NCBI GenBank assembly: GCA_038208295.1
Contig: JBBQYX010000005.1
Coordinates: 14,213-78,212, forward strand
Origin: Candidatus Nanopelagicales bacterium
GTDB lineage: Bacteria > Actinomycetota > Actinomycetes > S36-B12 > JBBQYX01
Direction of reading: 5' to 3'
Length of the DNA stretch: 64,000 bases
In this document: in pieces, positions 51,496 through 61,934 of the stretch
How positions within the stretch are numbered: the stretch's first letter is position 1
Layout: every line of letters begins with the position of its first letter
The notes under the pieces: generated by a model
Told to the model about the DNA's origin: nothing
Database searches by the model: none
The model's input: only the letters and a program-made list of their open reading frames with translations
Translations under genes and position numbers: made by a program

Positions 51496-53580
51496 TCACT
51501 CCTGCGGCGGGACCGGGTCGGGCAGCGGGAACACCGGCCCGCTCGGCGGCGACGGGAACACCGGCCCGCTCGGGGGCTGCGCCGGGACCGCGCCGACGGG
51601 GGAACCCTGATGACTGCCGCCATTGAGCGCCCCGTGCGCGGAGCCGTTGGCGCCGGTCAGAGCGGCCGTGCCGGCGAGTTCTTTCGGGCTGGTGACCGGA
51701 CCACGGTCGGAGGGCCGACGGCGAGCTGACCCGGTCCAGGCGGGGCGTCGTTCGCGCAACTTCAACTCGGCGAAGATGCGCTGGATGTCGTCCTTGGCGA
51801 GCGTCTCCTTGTCGAGCAGTTCCAGCACGAGGGCGTCCAGCACGTCGCGGTTCTCGACCAGCGCGTCGTACGCCTCCTGGTGCGCCGCCTCCACGAACTT
51901 GCGTACCTCCTCATCGATCGCCGCCGCGATCTCCTCGGAGTAGTCGCGACCATGCCCCATGTCGCGGCCGAGGAAGACCTCCCCGCCCTGATCCTGGCCG
52001 TAGCGGATCGCACCGAGACGTTCGGTCATGCCGTACTGGGTGACCATCGCCCGTGCCACTGCGGTCGCCTTCTCGATGTCGTTCGACGCCCCCGTGGTGG
52101 GGTCGTGAAACACCATCTCCTCGGCCGCTCGACCACCGAGCATGTATGCCAGCTGGTTGAGCATCTCGCTGCGCGTGGTGCTGTATTTGTCCTGATCCGG
52201 CAGCACCATCGTGTAACCGAGAGCGCGACCCCGGGGCAGAATCGTGATCTTGTGTACGGGGTCGCCGCCCGGCAACGCCGCCGCCACCAAGGCATGGCCT
52301 CCCTCGTGGTAGGCCGTGATCTTCTTCTCCCGCTCGTCCATCACCCGGGTGCGCTTTTGCGGCCCGGCGATGACCCGATCGATGGCCTCGTCCAGGGCGC
52401 GATCGTCGACCAGTTGGGCGCCGGACCGCGCGGTCAGCAGCGCGGCCTCGTTGAGCACGTTGGCCAGGTCGGCGCCGGTGAATCCCGGGGTCCGCTTGGC
52501 CACCGCCCGCAGGTCCACGCCGTCGGCCAACGGCTTGCCGCGCGCATGCACCGACAGGATCGCCTCGCGGCCGTTCAGGTCGGGGGACTCCACCGCGATC
52601 TGCCGGTCGAATCGGCCCGGCCGCAGCAGCGCGGGGTCAAGGATGTCCGGCCGGTTCGTGGCCGCGATCAGGATGACGCCCCCCGTGACGTCGAAGCCGT
52701 CCATCTCGACCAGCAACTGGTTCAGGGTCTGCTCGCGCTCGTCGTGCCCACCGCCGAGCCCGGCGCCGCGGTGGCGACCCACCGCGTCGATCTCGTCGAC
52801 GAAAACGATCGCCGGGGCGTTGGCCTTGGCCTGTTCGAACAGATCGCGGACACGGCTGGCGCCCACGCCGACGAACATCTCCACGAAGTCGGAGCCGGAG
52901 ATGGAGTAGAACGGCACCCCCGCCTCACCGGCGACCGCGCGTGCGAGCAGGGTCTTGCCGGTGCCGGGTGGCCCGTACAGCAGGACGCCTTTGGGGATCT
53001 TGGCTCCCACCGCCTGGAACTTGGCGGGCTCCTCCAGGAACTCCTTGATCTCCTGCAGTTCCTCCACGGCCTCATTGGCACCGGCCACGTCGGCGAATGT
53101 GGTCTTGGGCATGTCCTTGGACACGACCTTGGCCTTGGACTTGCCGAAATTCATGACCCGCGAGCCGCCGCCCTGCATCCGGCTCATGAAGAAGAAGAGC
53201 AGACCCAGGATCAAGACGATGGGCAGGAATGAGACCAGCAGCGTGACGAGCAGTGAATCCTGCGGGTTGGTCACGTTGTAACTGGTGATCTGCTCGGCAT
53301 CGAGCTTGGACTGCAGCAGTTCCTGCAGCTTCACACCCTGGCCGTCGATGTACTGCGTGGTCTCCTTGCTGCCGTCCTTGAGCGTGAGGTCCAGCCGCTG
53401 CTCGCGGTTGTCCAGCAATGCCGTCTCGACCTGATTCGCGTTGATCGTTGCCACCGCGGCACCGGTGTCGACCCGCTTCGGGCCGGACAGATCGGACACC
53501 ACACTGGTGCCAATGATGACCAGCACCACGGCCAGGACGATCCAGAAGATCGGCCCACGGAGGATTCGCCTGATATCCAT
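51496..53580 (-). CDS. ftsH: ATP-dependent zinc metalloprotease FtsH
   Basis: 694 aa. Two N-terminal TM segments, Walker [12 protein letters not shown], and zinc site HEGGHAL. Confidence 0.97.
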   Translation of the reverse strand: MDIRRILRGPIFWIVLAVVLVIIGTSVVSDLSGPKRVDTGAAVATINANQVETALLDNREQRLDLTLKDGSKETTQYIDGQGVKLQELLQSKLDAEQITSYNVTNPQDSLLVTLLVSFLPIVLILGLLFFFMSRMQGGGSRVMNFGKSKAKVVSKDMPKTTFADVAGANEAVEELQEIKEFLEEPAKFQAVGAKIPKGVLLYGPPGTGKTLLARAVAGEAGVPFYSISGSDFVEMFVGVGASRVRDLFEQAKANAPAIVFVDEIDAVGRHRGAGLGGGHDEREQTLNQLLVEMDGFDVTGGVILIAATNRPDILDPALLRPGRFDRQIAVESPDLNGREAILSVHARGKPLADGVDLRAVAKRTPGFTGADLANVLNEAALLTARSGAQLVDDRALDEAIDRVIAGPQKRTRVMDEREKKITAYHEGGHALVAAALPGGDPVHKITILPRGRALGYTMVLPDQDKYSTTRSEMLNQLAYMLGGRAAEEMVFHDPTTGASNDIEKATAVARAMVTQYGMTERLGAIRYGQDQGGEVFLGRDMGHGRDYSEEIAAAIDEEVRKFVEAAHQEAYDALVENRDVLDALVLELLDKETLAKDDIQRIFAELKLRERRPAWTGSARRRPSDRGPVTSPKELAGTAALTGANGSAHGALNGGSHQGSPVGAVPAQPPSGPVFPSPPSGPVFPLPDPVPPQE
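51527..51580 (-). repeat. 27-bp tandem duplication in the ftsH 3' end
   Basis: GGGAACACCGGCCCGCTCGG occurs at 51527 and 51554, encoding PSGPVFP twice just before the stop. Confidence 0.85.
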
Positions 53581-53587
53581 TGAACGC

Positions 53588-53604
53588 GGGGCGCCGGGCG
53601 CCCC
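53588..53604 (-). promoter_or_regulatory. GC palindrome between the SD-like element and the ftsH start codon
   Basis: GGGGCGCC-G-GGCGCCCC. On the mRNA the order is GAGGAGGA, this palindrome, GCGTTCA, then ATG. Confidence 0.3.
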
Positions 53605-53613
53605 GTCCTCCTC

Positions 53614-53649
53614 ATCGGTGTCGGTACTGTCGTATCGGTGTCGGTACTG
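53614..53649. repeat. 20-bp-phased direct repeat in the ftsH upstream region
   Basis: ATCGGTGTCGGTACTG at 53614 and 53634. The GGTACTG core recurs twice more up to 53670. A separate 14-bp x2 repeat (GCGGGTGCCTGCG) lies at 53783..53809. Confidence 0.8.
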
Positions 53650-53928
53650 CTGCTATTGGTATAGGTACTGCGTAGTCAGCCGGAAGTCAGTCGATGGCGC
53701 CAGCCGCCGTCCGGCCGGCCCCGGCTCAGCCGGTCACCAGCGCTTCGACGGTACACGCCGGGCGCCACCCGCGCCGGTGCGAGCGGGTGCCTGCGGGCGG
53801 GTGCCTGCGAGGTAGTGCTCTGGGGAAACGATCGCGAGGCCTCCCGTGTTCCCGCCGACACCGCGTCGGGCAGTGCCGCTGGACGGGTACGCGCCTACCG
53901 CTGGCTCAGCCCCCGACTCAGCCGCGCC

Positions 53929-54483
53929 TCAACCGCCATAGACGTGCGGGGCCAGGGTGCCGACGACCTTGAGGTTGCGGTAGCGCTCGGCGTAGTCCAG
54001 GCCGTAGCCGACCACGAACTCGTTGGGGATGTCGAAGCCGACATACCGCGGCGAGATGTCAACCTTCACCGCCTCCGGCTTACGCAGCAACGTGCAGACC
54101 TCAACCGATGCCGGACCGCGCGACCCGAGGTTGCGCAGCAGCCAATTCAGCGTCAGACCGGAGTCGAGGATGTCTTCCACGACCAGGACGTCCAGGCCGG
54201 CGATGTCCCGGTCGAGGTCCTTCAGGATGCGCACGACGCCGCTGCTCTTGGTCCCCGAGCCGTAGGACGAGACCGCCATCCAGTCCATCTCGACCGGCAT
54301 GTGCATCGCCCGCGCGAGGTCGGCCATGACCATGACGGCGCCCTTGAGGACCCCGACGAGCAGCAGCGGCCGGCCCGCGTAGTCGGCCTCGATCTGGTCG
54401 GACAGTTCACGGATACGAGCGCCGATGGCGTTTTCGTCGAGCAGCACCCGCTCGAGATCGGCGCCAAGGTCACTGGCCTCCAC
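53929..54483 (-). CDS. hpt: hypoxanthine phosphoribosyltransferase
   Basis: 184 aa. PRPP-binding loop [14 protein letters not shown]. Confidence 0.93.
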   Translation of the reverse strand: MEASDLGADLERVLLDENAIGARIRELSDQIEADYAGRPLLLVGVLKGAVMVMADLARAMHMPVEMDWMAVSSYGSGTKSSGVVRILKDLDRDIAGLDVLVVEDILDSGLTLNWLLRNLGSRGPASVEVCTLLRKPEAVKVDISPRYVGFDIPNEFVVGYGLDYAERYRNLKVVGTLAPHVYGG

Positions 54484-54581
54484 TGGGACCCTCCGAGTTC
54501 GGTGCGCCGGCTCGACGCACGAGTTGCGTTGGTACGGAAGCGGTGCGAAAGACGTCAGGCCACATTCGAGGCGGCTCGGGC

Positions 54582-55712
54582 TCAGCCGCTGCTAACAGGG
54601 CGATCCGGTCGGTGCTCACGAAGCACCGTCAGCCTCCCATACGCGCGGTGCGCGGTAACGCCCGCGGGCAGCCGGATCGGGCCCTGCCCGTGCCAGTTGG
54701 CGACAAGCGCGTCCGTCGCCACCAGGTGTACCGCCGTCAGCGCCGCGTGCGACCCAGTGGCAGCCACGGCTAGCCGGTAGATACGCCTGCGTACCGCCGC
54801 CGGCAGCCCGCCCACGGACGCGACGTCCAAATCGACCTGACCGTCGCCATGGTCAGCAGTCCTACCGGCCGTCGTTGTCGTATTGGTGGGGTCGAAAACA
54901 CCATCAACGGGCGGTACGCACGTGGCAGCGGCGAACGCGTCCGCAGCCCACTCGTCCAACGCAGCGGCATCGTCGGCGAGCAGTCCGGCCGTACGGGCCA
55001 GCGCGTCCGCCACCCCGGGTCCAAGATCCCGTTCGAGGACGGGGAGTACGTCGTGCCGCACCCGTACGCGGGCGTAGCGGCGGTCGTCGTTGTGCGGGTC
55101 GTCCCACACCGGCAGGCCGAGGGCAGCAGCGGCACTGCGTACCGTGTCCCGCGACAGGCCCAGCAGCGGGCGCAGCCAGCGGCCGGAGTCGGCGGGCATC
55201 CCGGCCAGGGATCGCGTCCCCGACCCACGGGCCAGGCCGAGCAGGACCGTCTCCGCCTGATCGTCGCGAGTGTGCCCCAGCAGCACCCGGGTGGCACCGA
55301 CCTCGTCGGCAACCTCGTTGAGCGCCGCCAGCCGGGCCGTCCGGGCAGCCGCCTCCGGTCCCCCGGAGCCGGCGACCGTGACGGCGACGACGAGCACCGG
55401 ATCGAGCCCGAGTGATCGGCAGGCCGTGGCTGTCCGATCGGCGACGTCACCCGAACCGAACTGCAGGCGGTGGTCCACGACGACGGCCCCGGCGCGCAGC
55501 CCGAGCAGCGGCGCCTCCCGAGCCGTCGCGGCGGCCAGCGCCACGGAATCGGCACCCCCTGAGCAGGCGACCAGGACAATCAGTGGCTCAGCTGCATCAC
55601 GCGGGGCGCCCAGCGCAGCGAGCGCCCGGCGGACGGCAACGCGTACCGCCAGCACCTCAGGCGGCTGCCATGTCGTACGGGCAGTGCCGGCACCAGGGCT
55701 CACGACGGTCAC
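54582..55712 (-). CDS. tilS: tRNA(Ile)-lysidine synthetase
   Basis: PP-loop [17 protein letters not shown] 55712 (or 55703) was chosen because the upstream gene stops at 55729. The rest of ORF 54582..55955 overlaps that gene. Confidence 0.85.
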   Translation of the reverse strand: MTVVSPGAGTARTTWQPPEVLAVRVAVRRALAALGAPRDAAEPLIVLVACSGGADSVALAAATAREAPLLGLRAGAVVVDHRLQFGSGDVADRTATACRSLGLDPVLVVAVTVAGSGGPEAAARTARLAALNEVADEVGATRVLLGHTRDDQAETVLLGLARGSGTRSLAGMPADSGRWLRPLLGLSRDTVRSAAAALGLPVWDDPHNDDRRYARVRVRHDVLPVLERDLGPGVADALARTAGLLADDAAALDEWAADAFAAATCVPPVDGVFDPTNTTTTAGRTADHGDGQVDLDVASVGGLPAAVRRRIYRLAVAATGSHAALTAVHLVATDALVANWHGQGPIRLPAGVTAHRAYGRLTVLREHRPDRPVSSG

Positions 55713-55728
55713 TGTGCCCGATGCTGTG

Positions 55729-56811
55729 TCAACCGTGAACGCGGGCGACCCAGGCGGCCGGGTCGGTGATCTCCGCCCGGGTCGGCAGGGTCTGCGGCGA
55801 TTCCCATACCCGGTTGAAGCCGTCCCGGCCGACCTGGTCGGTGACGCCCCGGACGAACGCGGCGCCGTCGGAGTACTGCCGCAGCTTCGCGTCCAGGCCG
55901 AGCAGGCGGCGGGCCAGGCCGTCCACAGCGCTGGGCTCGGCGCGGCGCCGCTCAAAGCGTTCCCGGATGGTGGCGACCGTGGGGATCACCCGCGGACCGA
56001 CGTCGTCCATGACGTGGTCGGCGTGCCCCTCCAACAAGGACATCAGGCCGGTGAGCCGGTCGAACACCGCCCGCTGCGCCGGGGTCTGCACCGATTCGAT
56101 CAGGCTGGCGTCGGGATCGCCGCGCAGCACCCGGATCAGCGTGAAGACCATCGCGGCGGCCCGTTTGACGGCGTCCCCAGCACCGGTGTCGGCGGCGTCC
56201 AGGAACTCGTGCACCTGGCCGGTGAAATAGTCCGCGAGCCAGGGGACCGCGCCGAATTGCACCCGGTGGGTCTCTTCGTGCATGCAGACCCAGAGCCGGA
56301 AATCCCTCGGTACGACATCCAGCTGACGCTCGACGGTCACGATATTGGGCGCCACCAGCAGCAGCCGTCGTGGCTGACCGGGCGGGGTGAACACCTCGAA
56401 CTGGCCGAGCACCTTGCCGGACAGCCAGGCCAGCACGCCCCCGAGCTGCAACGCAGTCGCGCGGCTCCCCACGGCCGCGACGGCGGGATTCGTGCTGCCT
56501 TGCTTGTCCTCCAGTCGCTCCACGAGTGGGGAGAGCACCACAGCGAACCCGGCGACGTTGGAGCGGATCCACTCCGACCGGTCCACCACCACGGTCGTCG
56601 GCGCATCGGGGGCGACCGAGTCACCCCCGGCCGCGCTGCTCGGGTCGGCCACCAGGCCGGTGGCCTCCCGTACGTGCCCGACCGCTTGGTCAGCGAGATC
56701 CCGCAGCTCGCGTACGACGGCACGCGCCTGCTCGGCGGGCATGTCGGGTCCGCCGGGCGCCAGCCGGACACCCATCGCCGTCGCCAGCCCGAAGTCCACA
56801 ACATCTGCCAT
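55729..56811 (-). CDS. zinc-dependent metalloprotease-like protein (Rv3626c-like)
   Basis: Inner ATG 56811 (MADVVDFGLATAMG...). HExxH present as MHEETHRVQF. The synteny slot between dacB and tilS is conserved. Confidence 0.8.
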   Translation of the reverse strand: MADVVDFGLATAMGVRLAPGGPDMPAEQARAVVRELRDLADQAVGHVREATGLVADPSSAAGGDSVAPDAPTTVVVDRSEWIRSNVAGFAVVLSPLVERLEDKQGSTNPAVAAVGSRATALQLGGVLAWLSGKVLGQFEVFTPPGQPRRLLLVAPNIVTVERQLDVVPRDFRLWVCMHEETHRVQFGAVPWLADYFTGQVHEFLDAADTGAGDAVKRAAAMVFTLIRVLRGDPDASLIESVQTPAQRAVFDRLTGLMSLLEGHADHVMDDVGPRVIPTVATIRERFERRRAEPSAVDGLARRLLGLDAKLRQYSDGAAFVRGVTDQVGRDGFNRVWESPQTLPTRAEITDPAAWVARVHG

Positions 56812-56869
56812 GCCATCGACCCTACGTTGGCTGTTCCCGACCGCCACCCAGCCGTACGGCAGCATCCCG

Positions 56870-58270
56870 TCAGCGGCAGCCGCAGCCAGCGATCTTCGCG
56901 GCGGTCCGGTCCAGCACCTCACGGGCGCCCGGAATCGAGGTAATTCGGTCGGCCAGCACGGCAAAGGAAACCAAGCGACCGTCGACCGTCCGGGTGAACC
57001 CGGCCAGGGCCGACACACCGGTCAGGGTTCCCGTCTTGGCCCGTACCACCCCCGCGCCCGCCCGGGTCGCGAGCCCGGTGAACCGGTCGGCGAGGGTTCC
57101 GGTGAAGCCGGCCACCGGTAGGCCGGTGAGCATCGGCCAGGCGTACGGGGCCTTGCCGGCGACAACGGCCGCCAGGGTGCGGGTGAGGGTGGTGGCCGCG
57201 ACGGCGTCCTGCCGGGAGAGCCCGCTGCCGTCCACCAGCCGAAGCCCCGCGGTCGGAACACCCAGCTGGCTCAGCACCTTCGCGATGGCGGCCGCGCCAC
57301 CGGTGAACGAGCCACCGCCGCCCAGCTTCGCTCCCGCGAGCCGGTTCAGCGCTTCGGCCAGGTCGTTGTCGGACTCGGTCAGGGTGCGCTCGACCAGGTC
57401 GGCCACCGTGGGCGAATAGACCGCGGCCACCGGCTTGGCATCGGCGGGGGCGACGCCCTCGGACACCCCGGATACGGTGATCCCGTTGCTGCGCAGGGCA
57501 TCGGCGAAGACCTGCCCGGCTCGCGCGACCGGGTCGGCGACCCGGGACTTCCCGTCGGCCGACGCCCGGCCGGAGTCCACCGTCAGCGCGACCACGGGCG
57601 AGGCGATGCCGAGCGCGGGGTAGGACGACGCCCAGCCCGGCGCCAGCCGCGGCCCGCTGAACAGCGACGCGTCCAGGATCACCCGTACGGACGTGGTCTG
57701 CTGCTTGACCAGGGCGGCGGCGGTGCGCCGGGCGAGTTCGGGCAACGACGCGACGGCTTCAGGCCCGGAGCCGGTCCGCGCCCGAGAGGACAGAGTCGTG
57801 TCACCCGCCCCGACCAGCACGATCTCCCCCGGCGCGCTGGCAACCGTCCGGGTCGCCAACCGAGCGTTCGGGCCGAGCGCCCGCAGCGCCGCCACCGTGG
57901 TGAGGATCTTCAGGGTGGAGGCGGGGGTCGCCGGGGTTGCACCCGCGTCGTCGAGCAACGCCGTGCCCGTCGCGATGTCCAGCACGCTGGTCGACGTCCT
58001 CGACCCCAACGCCGCATCGGACAGCAGCGGTTTCAGGGCGGTCGCCAGCCCGGCAGTGGTGGGTACGGGTGCCCGGGACCCGGCAACCGCTGTGGGCGGC
58101 AGGACATTCGCGGGCGGCGCTGGCGCTGGTGCGGTAAGCGCAGCGGGCACCGCGATGGCCGGGGCAACTCCGATCGAAGCGGGGACCCCGCTCGCAGCCC
58201 CGGTGCTCGCATATCCGAGCGTCGCAACCAGCACGGCGGCGACCCCCGACGCACGGCCCAACCGCTGCAC
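56870..58270 (-). CDS. dacB: D-alanyl-D-alanine carboxypeptidase/endopeptidase (PBP4 family)
   Basis: Signal peptide, SxxK as PASTLK, and length and order typical of the S13 peptidase family. Confidence 0.88.
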   Translation of the reverse strand: MQRLGRASGVAAVLVATLGYASTGAASGVPASIGVAPAIAVPAALTAPAPAPPANVLPPTAVAGSRAPVPTTAGLATALKPLLSDAALGSRTSTSVLDIATGTALLDDAGATPATPASTLKILTTVAALRALGPNARLATRTVASAPGEIVLVGAGDTTLSSRARTGSGPEAVASLPELARRTAAALVKQQTTSVRVILDASLFSGPRLAPGWASSYPALGIASPVVALTVDSGRASADGKSRVADPVARAGQVFADALRSNGITVSGVSEGVAPADAKPVAAVYSPTVADLVERTLTESDNDLAEALNRLAGAKLGGGGSFTGGAAAIAKVLSQLGVPTAGLRLVDGSGLSRQDAVAATTLTRTLAAVVAGKAPYAWPMLTGLPVAGFTGTLADRFTGLATRAGAGVVRAKTGTLTGVSALAGFTRTVDGRLVSFAVLADRITSIPGAREVLDRTAAKIAGCGCR

Positions 58271-58465
58271 TGCACCTCCCCGCGCCGCTCCCGTACCGCC
58301 GAGCGGCCATCATCGGTCACGACCTGGGCGTTCCGGTATTCCAGGCCGCTGGCAGCCGATCCTCCCCCGCTCGGCGTGCCCGACGGCCGGCCGAGACGAT
58401 GTGACCCGGCGGGTGCGGGAGACTGTGCGCCACGCCCGTCCCGACGCCGTGTCCGAGGAGTCCCC

Positions 58466-58981
58466 GTGGAGCCGCTGCAATTCGATGTGACCGTCGAGAT
58501 CCCCGCCGGAAGCCGCAACAAGTATGAGGTGGACCACCACACCGGTCGGATCAGGCTGGACCGGATGCTGTTCACGTCCACGCGCTACCCGCACGACTAC
58601 GGGTTCATCGACGACACTCTCGGCTTGGACAGCGACCCGCTGGACGCTCTGGTCATCCTGGAGGAGCCGACGTTCCCCGGGTGCGTCATCCGCTGCCGGG
58701 CGATCGGGATGTTCCGCATGACCGACGAGGCGGGTGGGGACGATAAGGTCCTGTGCGTGCCGGTGGCCGATCCCCGGATCGAGCATCTGCGCGACATCCA
58801 CCATGTCTCGGAGTTCGACCGCCTGGAGATCCAGCACTTCTTCGGCGTCTACAAGGACCTCGAACCCGGCAAGTCGGTCGAGGGTGCGGAATGGGTGGGC
58901 CGCACCGAGGCCGAGGCGGAGGTCCGCGCGTCGTTCGAGCGCAAGCGGGCCCAGGACGACGTCGAGATCGTCCGCCACTGA
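58466..58981 (+). CDS. ppa: inorganic pyrophosphatase
   Basis: GTG 58466 with GAGGAG at 58455. [30 protein letters not shown]-like DSDPLDALV. Confidence 0.95.
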   Translation: MEPLQFDVTVEIPAGSRNKYEVDHHTGRIRLDRMLFTSTRYPHDYGFIDDTLGLDSDPLDALVILEEPTFPGCVIRCRAIGMFRMTDEAGGDDKVLCVPVADPRIEHLRDIHHVSEFDRLEIQHFFGVYKDLEPGKSVEGAEWVGRTEAEAEVRASFERKRAQDDVEIVRH

Positions 58982-58993
58982 GGAAGGCGCAAC

Positions 58994-59043
58994 GCGACCG
59001 GCGCCGCCGGGGCCTGCTCCGGCCGGGTGACGGCGCCGGTCGC
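58994..59043. terminator. hairpin between convergent ppa and the dsrE-like gene
   Basis: 13-bp stem GCGACCGGCGCCG / CGGCGCCGGTCGC with a 24-nt loop. Confidence 0.55.
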
Positions 59044-59056
59044 GTCCAACTCGACG

Positions 59057-59587
59057 TCAGATGAACAGCAACTGCGCGCCGGTGGTGAGTTCGATGAAGT
59101 CCGCTGCGCTGATGATGCCCTCGACCCCCTCGAACAGGTCGTTCTCGGTCATTTTCATCATGTCCGCGGATAGCCGACAGGCCCAGAGATGACCCCCGGC
59201 GTCAACGATCTGCTGCAGGAAATCCGGCACCTCTGGCACACCGAGATCGGCGATCTGCTTCTTCATCATCGAGGTCGCCATGGCCTGCATGCCCGGTAGG
59301 CCGCCGACGAGCTGCGGGACCCGGACGCCGCCGAGCTGCTCCATGTGCATGGCGGTATTGCCTACGGGGGTAAATTTCAGGTCCCGCATCCGCGACTTAG
59401 CGATCATGTCCAAGCCCCAGAAGGTGAAGAAGAGGTGCAGTTCGACGCCCTCCCCCAGAGCCGCATTGCCCATGATCAACCCTGGGTAGGCCATGTCCAG
59501 GTTGCCCTTTGAGCAGATGATGGCCAGTTTGCGCTCGTCGTCGTCGTCGCCGAACGACGGGATGATGGCTTGCGATTTCTCGCTCAT
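59057..59587 (-). CDS. DsrE/DsrF-family sulfur-relay-like protein
   Basis: 176 aa. KLAIICSKGNLDMAYPGLIMGNAA...HLFFTFWGLDM...GGHLWACRLSADMM is typical of the DsrE-like (COG2210) family. GAGGAG lies upstream. Confidence 0.85.
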   Translation of the reverse strand: MSEKSQAIIPSFGDDDDERKLAIICSKGNLDMAYPGLIMGNAALGEGVELHLFFTFWGLDMIAKSRMRDLKFTPVGNTAMHMEQLGGVRVPQLVGGLPGMQAMATSMMKKQIADLGVPEVPDFLQQIVDAGGHLWACRLSADMMKMTENDLFEGVEGIISAADFIELTTGAQLLFI

Positions 59588-59638
59588 GCGAGTTCTCCTC
59601 GGTTGTTGCGGACGTTCGGCAGGCTGCCTCGAGCGGGT

Positions 59639-59953
59639 TCAGACGCACCCACGCGGCTTCGGCAAACCCGCGATGTACGCCATCTTCTTGGCGGGCTTCT
59701 TCGGGAACAGCGCGAACTGCTGTTTCGTCGGGACGCCGCCGACGGCCTGGACGCGGCGCGTCGTGGCCGTTTCTCCCTGCACCGCGAAGTCCTCGCGCAG
59801 GAAGTGGATGACCTTCCAATGCTCGTCCGCCAACTCGATGGCGATGTTGGCGGCGAGCACCTTGGCGAGGTCTTCGTCCCACTCGGAGAACTCGGTCAGG
59901 AAACCTTCCGCGTCGACGTGGACGTCGCGACCGTTGATCGTGGTGACGGGCAT
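59639..59953 (-). CDS. TusE/DsrC-family sulfur carrier (single C-terminal Cys)
   Basis: Inner ATG 59953 (104 aa). EHWKVIHFLREDF...AYIAGLPKPRGCV carries the family signature with the penultimate Cys. Confidence 0.88.
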   Translation of the reverse strand: MPVTTINGRDVHVDAEGFLTEFSEWDEDLAKVLAANIAIELADEHWKVIHFLREDFAVQGETATTRRVQAVGGVPTKQQFALFPKKPAKKMAYIAGLPKPRGCV

Positions 59954-60005
59954 GTCGGACAACTCCCTTGCATTGGAGAGAACGAGCGAAATGGATGGAG
60001 CCGCG

Positions 60006-60668
60006 TCACGGCCGGAATCCGAGTTGACGGACGACCTGAAGCGCCCGGCCCAGGCCACGCCGGGTCGCCGGATCACGGACCTGGCCGGCGAGCGCGAGCA
60101 GCGAGGGCGGCGCTTCGGGCGCATCGGCTGCCAGCGGCACCAGGAGTTGGCCCACCAGCGTCAGGACACGTTCGTCGGCCAGCGCCCGCAGCAGGGCGAC
60201 GACTCGGGGGGCGGCGGCGATCGCCGCGGCGGCGTCGTCCTCGCAGTACTCGGCGACCACGGCCTCGGCTAATTGCCGGACGCCGCGGGCGGCGCTGAAC
60301 CAGCCGGTCCGCTCCGCCTCGGCGAGCACCTCCGAGACCTTCGCCACACCGGCTCCGCTGATCGACGTGACCTCTTCGATCAACTCCGCCAGGCTGTCCA
60401 GGGTGACTAGCATCGCCTCCAGCTTGGGTAGTGATCGGGCGGCGGTACGCAAGAATCGGACCGCGTCGTCCACCGTGACGTCATCGGCCAGGTCGCCCAA
60501 CTCCCGGCTGGCCACGTCGAAGGCGTCGCGGGTGACCGGCACGAGGGTGTGAGCCAGTTCCTGCCACTTCTCCTTCTCCTGGCGCTGGCAGCGCAGCTCG
60601 GCCGAGATCTCGTCGATCTGAGCCGACATCCGGGCCAGCTGGTCGCTCACCGGTTCGGTCGCGGCCAT
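60006..60668 (-). CDS. DUF1641 domain protein
   Basis: Start at ATG 60668, or GTG 60677 overlapping the upstream stop. The C-terminal SLLALAGQVRDPATRRGLGRALQVVRQLG matches the remembered DUF1641 signature. Confidence 0.8.
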   Translation of the reverse strand: MAATEPVSDQLARMSAQIDEISAELRCQRQEKEKWQELAHTLVPVTRDAFDVASRELGDLADDVTVDDAVRFLRTAARSLPKLEAMLVTLDSLAELIEEVTSISGAGVAKVSEVLAEAERTGWFSAARGVRQLAEAVVAEYCEDDAAAAIAAAPRVVALLRALADERVLTLVGQLLVPLAADAPEAPPSLLALAGQVRDPATRRGLGRALQVVRQLGFRP

Positions 60669-60673
60669 CGCGG

Positions 60674-61912
60674 TCACGACAGGTCCTCGGTCTGCTTGCC
60701 AGCCATCGACATCAGCGCCGGCAGCGGCAGCTCCTTGCCAGGCAGCAGAATGTTCCAGTACATCCAACGGAACATCACTTTGCCCCAGTGATTCATCTCG
60801 GTCTCCTTCAGCAGGCTGAAGGGGCCGATCCCGGGCAACGGGTACTTGCCGGGCAACGGTTCGGTTTCGTAGTTGAAGTCGATCAGCAGACCCTTGCCGT
60901 GACCCGTCTCGATGAAGCAGTTGGCGTGGCCATCGAAGCGCTCGGTCATGTGAAGTCCGGCGATGTGCCGCATGAAGTTGGCGCCGAAGAGATCCATCGC
61001 GAAGTGGGCCACTGAGCCGGCCTTGGATGCCGGGATGTTGGAGGCGTCCCCGACGGCGAAGATGTTGTCGTACTGGGTGGACAGCAGGGTTTCCTTGTCC
61101 ACCGGCACGTAGTTCAGCTCGTCGCCGAGACCGGACTTGGCAATGTAGTCAGCTCCCATGTTGACCGGCACCGTGACCAACATGTCGTAGGCGATCTCGC
61201 GCTCGTCGTAGGACACGATGCTCTTCGCCTGCGGGTCGATGCTCTCCACCATGAAGTCCGACTCCAGCGTGATGCCGCGTTCGGTGAGCATGCTGCCGAG
61301 GTACTTCGAGGACACCGGCTTGGTGAACGCGCCGGGCAGCGGCGTCACGTATGTCATCTCAACCTTGTCACGCATCCCCTGCTCGGCGAAGAAGGCGTCG
61401 GCGAGGAACGTGAACTCCAGCGGGGCGACCGGACATTTGATCGGCATCTCCGCAATGTGCACCACCAGTTTGCCGCCGGGCCAGGTCTTGAGCGACTCGG
61501 CCAGCCGAGTGGCACCCGCGTACGTGTAGAACTCGTGGACGCTGCCGCCCATGTCCTCGGCCATTCCGGGCGTCTCGTCCGGTCGCGGCGTCGTACCGGT
61601 CGCGATGATGAGGTAGTCGTAGCCCAGCCTCGTGCCGTCGCCCAGCAGGACGCTGTTCTCCTCGGGGAACACCTGCTCGATCTGCGCCTGGATCAGGTCC
61701 ACCCCGGATGGGATGAAGCGCTTGCTGGGTTTCTTCACCTCGTCCGGTCGGTAGATCCCGAACGGGATGAAGAGGTAGCCCGGTTGGTAATAGTGGGTGT
61801 CGCTGGCGTCGACGACCGTGATCTTCCATTCGTCGCGCGGCAGCATCGGACGCAGTTTGTTCACCGCCATCGTGCCCGCGGTACCGGTGCCGAGGACGAG
61901 CAGCCGATTCAT
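60674..61912 (-). CDS. FAD-dependent pyridine nucleotide-disulfide oxidoreductase, sulfide:quinone oxidoreductase-like
   Basis: Inner ATG 61912 with GGAGG upstream (412 aa). GTGTAG dinucleotide fold, IKCPVAPLEF, FAVGDA, HANCFIETG, and a C-terminal amphipathic tail HWGKVMFRWMYWNILL. Confidence 0.85.
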   Translation of the reverse strand: MNRLLVLGTGTAGTMAVNKLRPMLPRDEWKITVVDASDTHYYQPGYLFIPFGIYRPDEVKKPSKRFIPSGVDLIQAQIEQVFPEENSVLLGDGTRLGYDYLIIATGTTPRPDETPGMAEDMGGSVHEFYTYAGATRLAESLKTWPGGKLVVHIAEMPIKCPVAPLEFTFLADAFFAEQGMRDKVEMTYVTPLPGAFTKPVSSKYLGSMLTERGITLESDFMVESIDPQAKSIVSYDEREIAYDMLVTVPVNMGADYIAKSGLGDELNYVPVDKETLLSTQYDNIFAVGDASNIPASKAGSVAHFAMDLFGANFMRHIAGLHMTERFDGHANCFIETGHGKGLLIDFNYETEPLPGKYPLPGIGPFSLLKETEMNHWGKVMFRWMYWNILLPGKELPLPALMSMAGKQTEDLS

Positions 61913-61934
61913 GGGTTCTACCTCCGGGTCATGG

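Noticed and set aside
55270-56943. A 557-aa plus-strand ORF.
   Set aside because: It is an antisense shadow of tilS and the HExxH metalloprotease gene, with an Arg/Gly/Pro-rich product.
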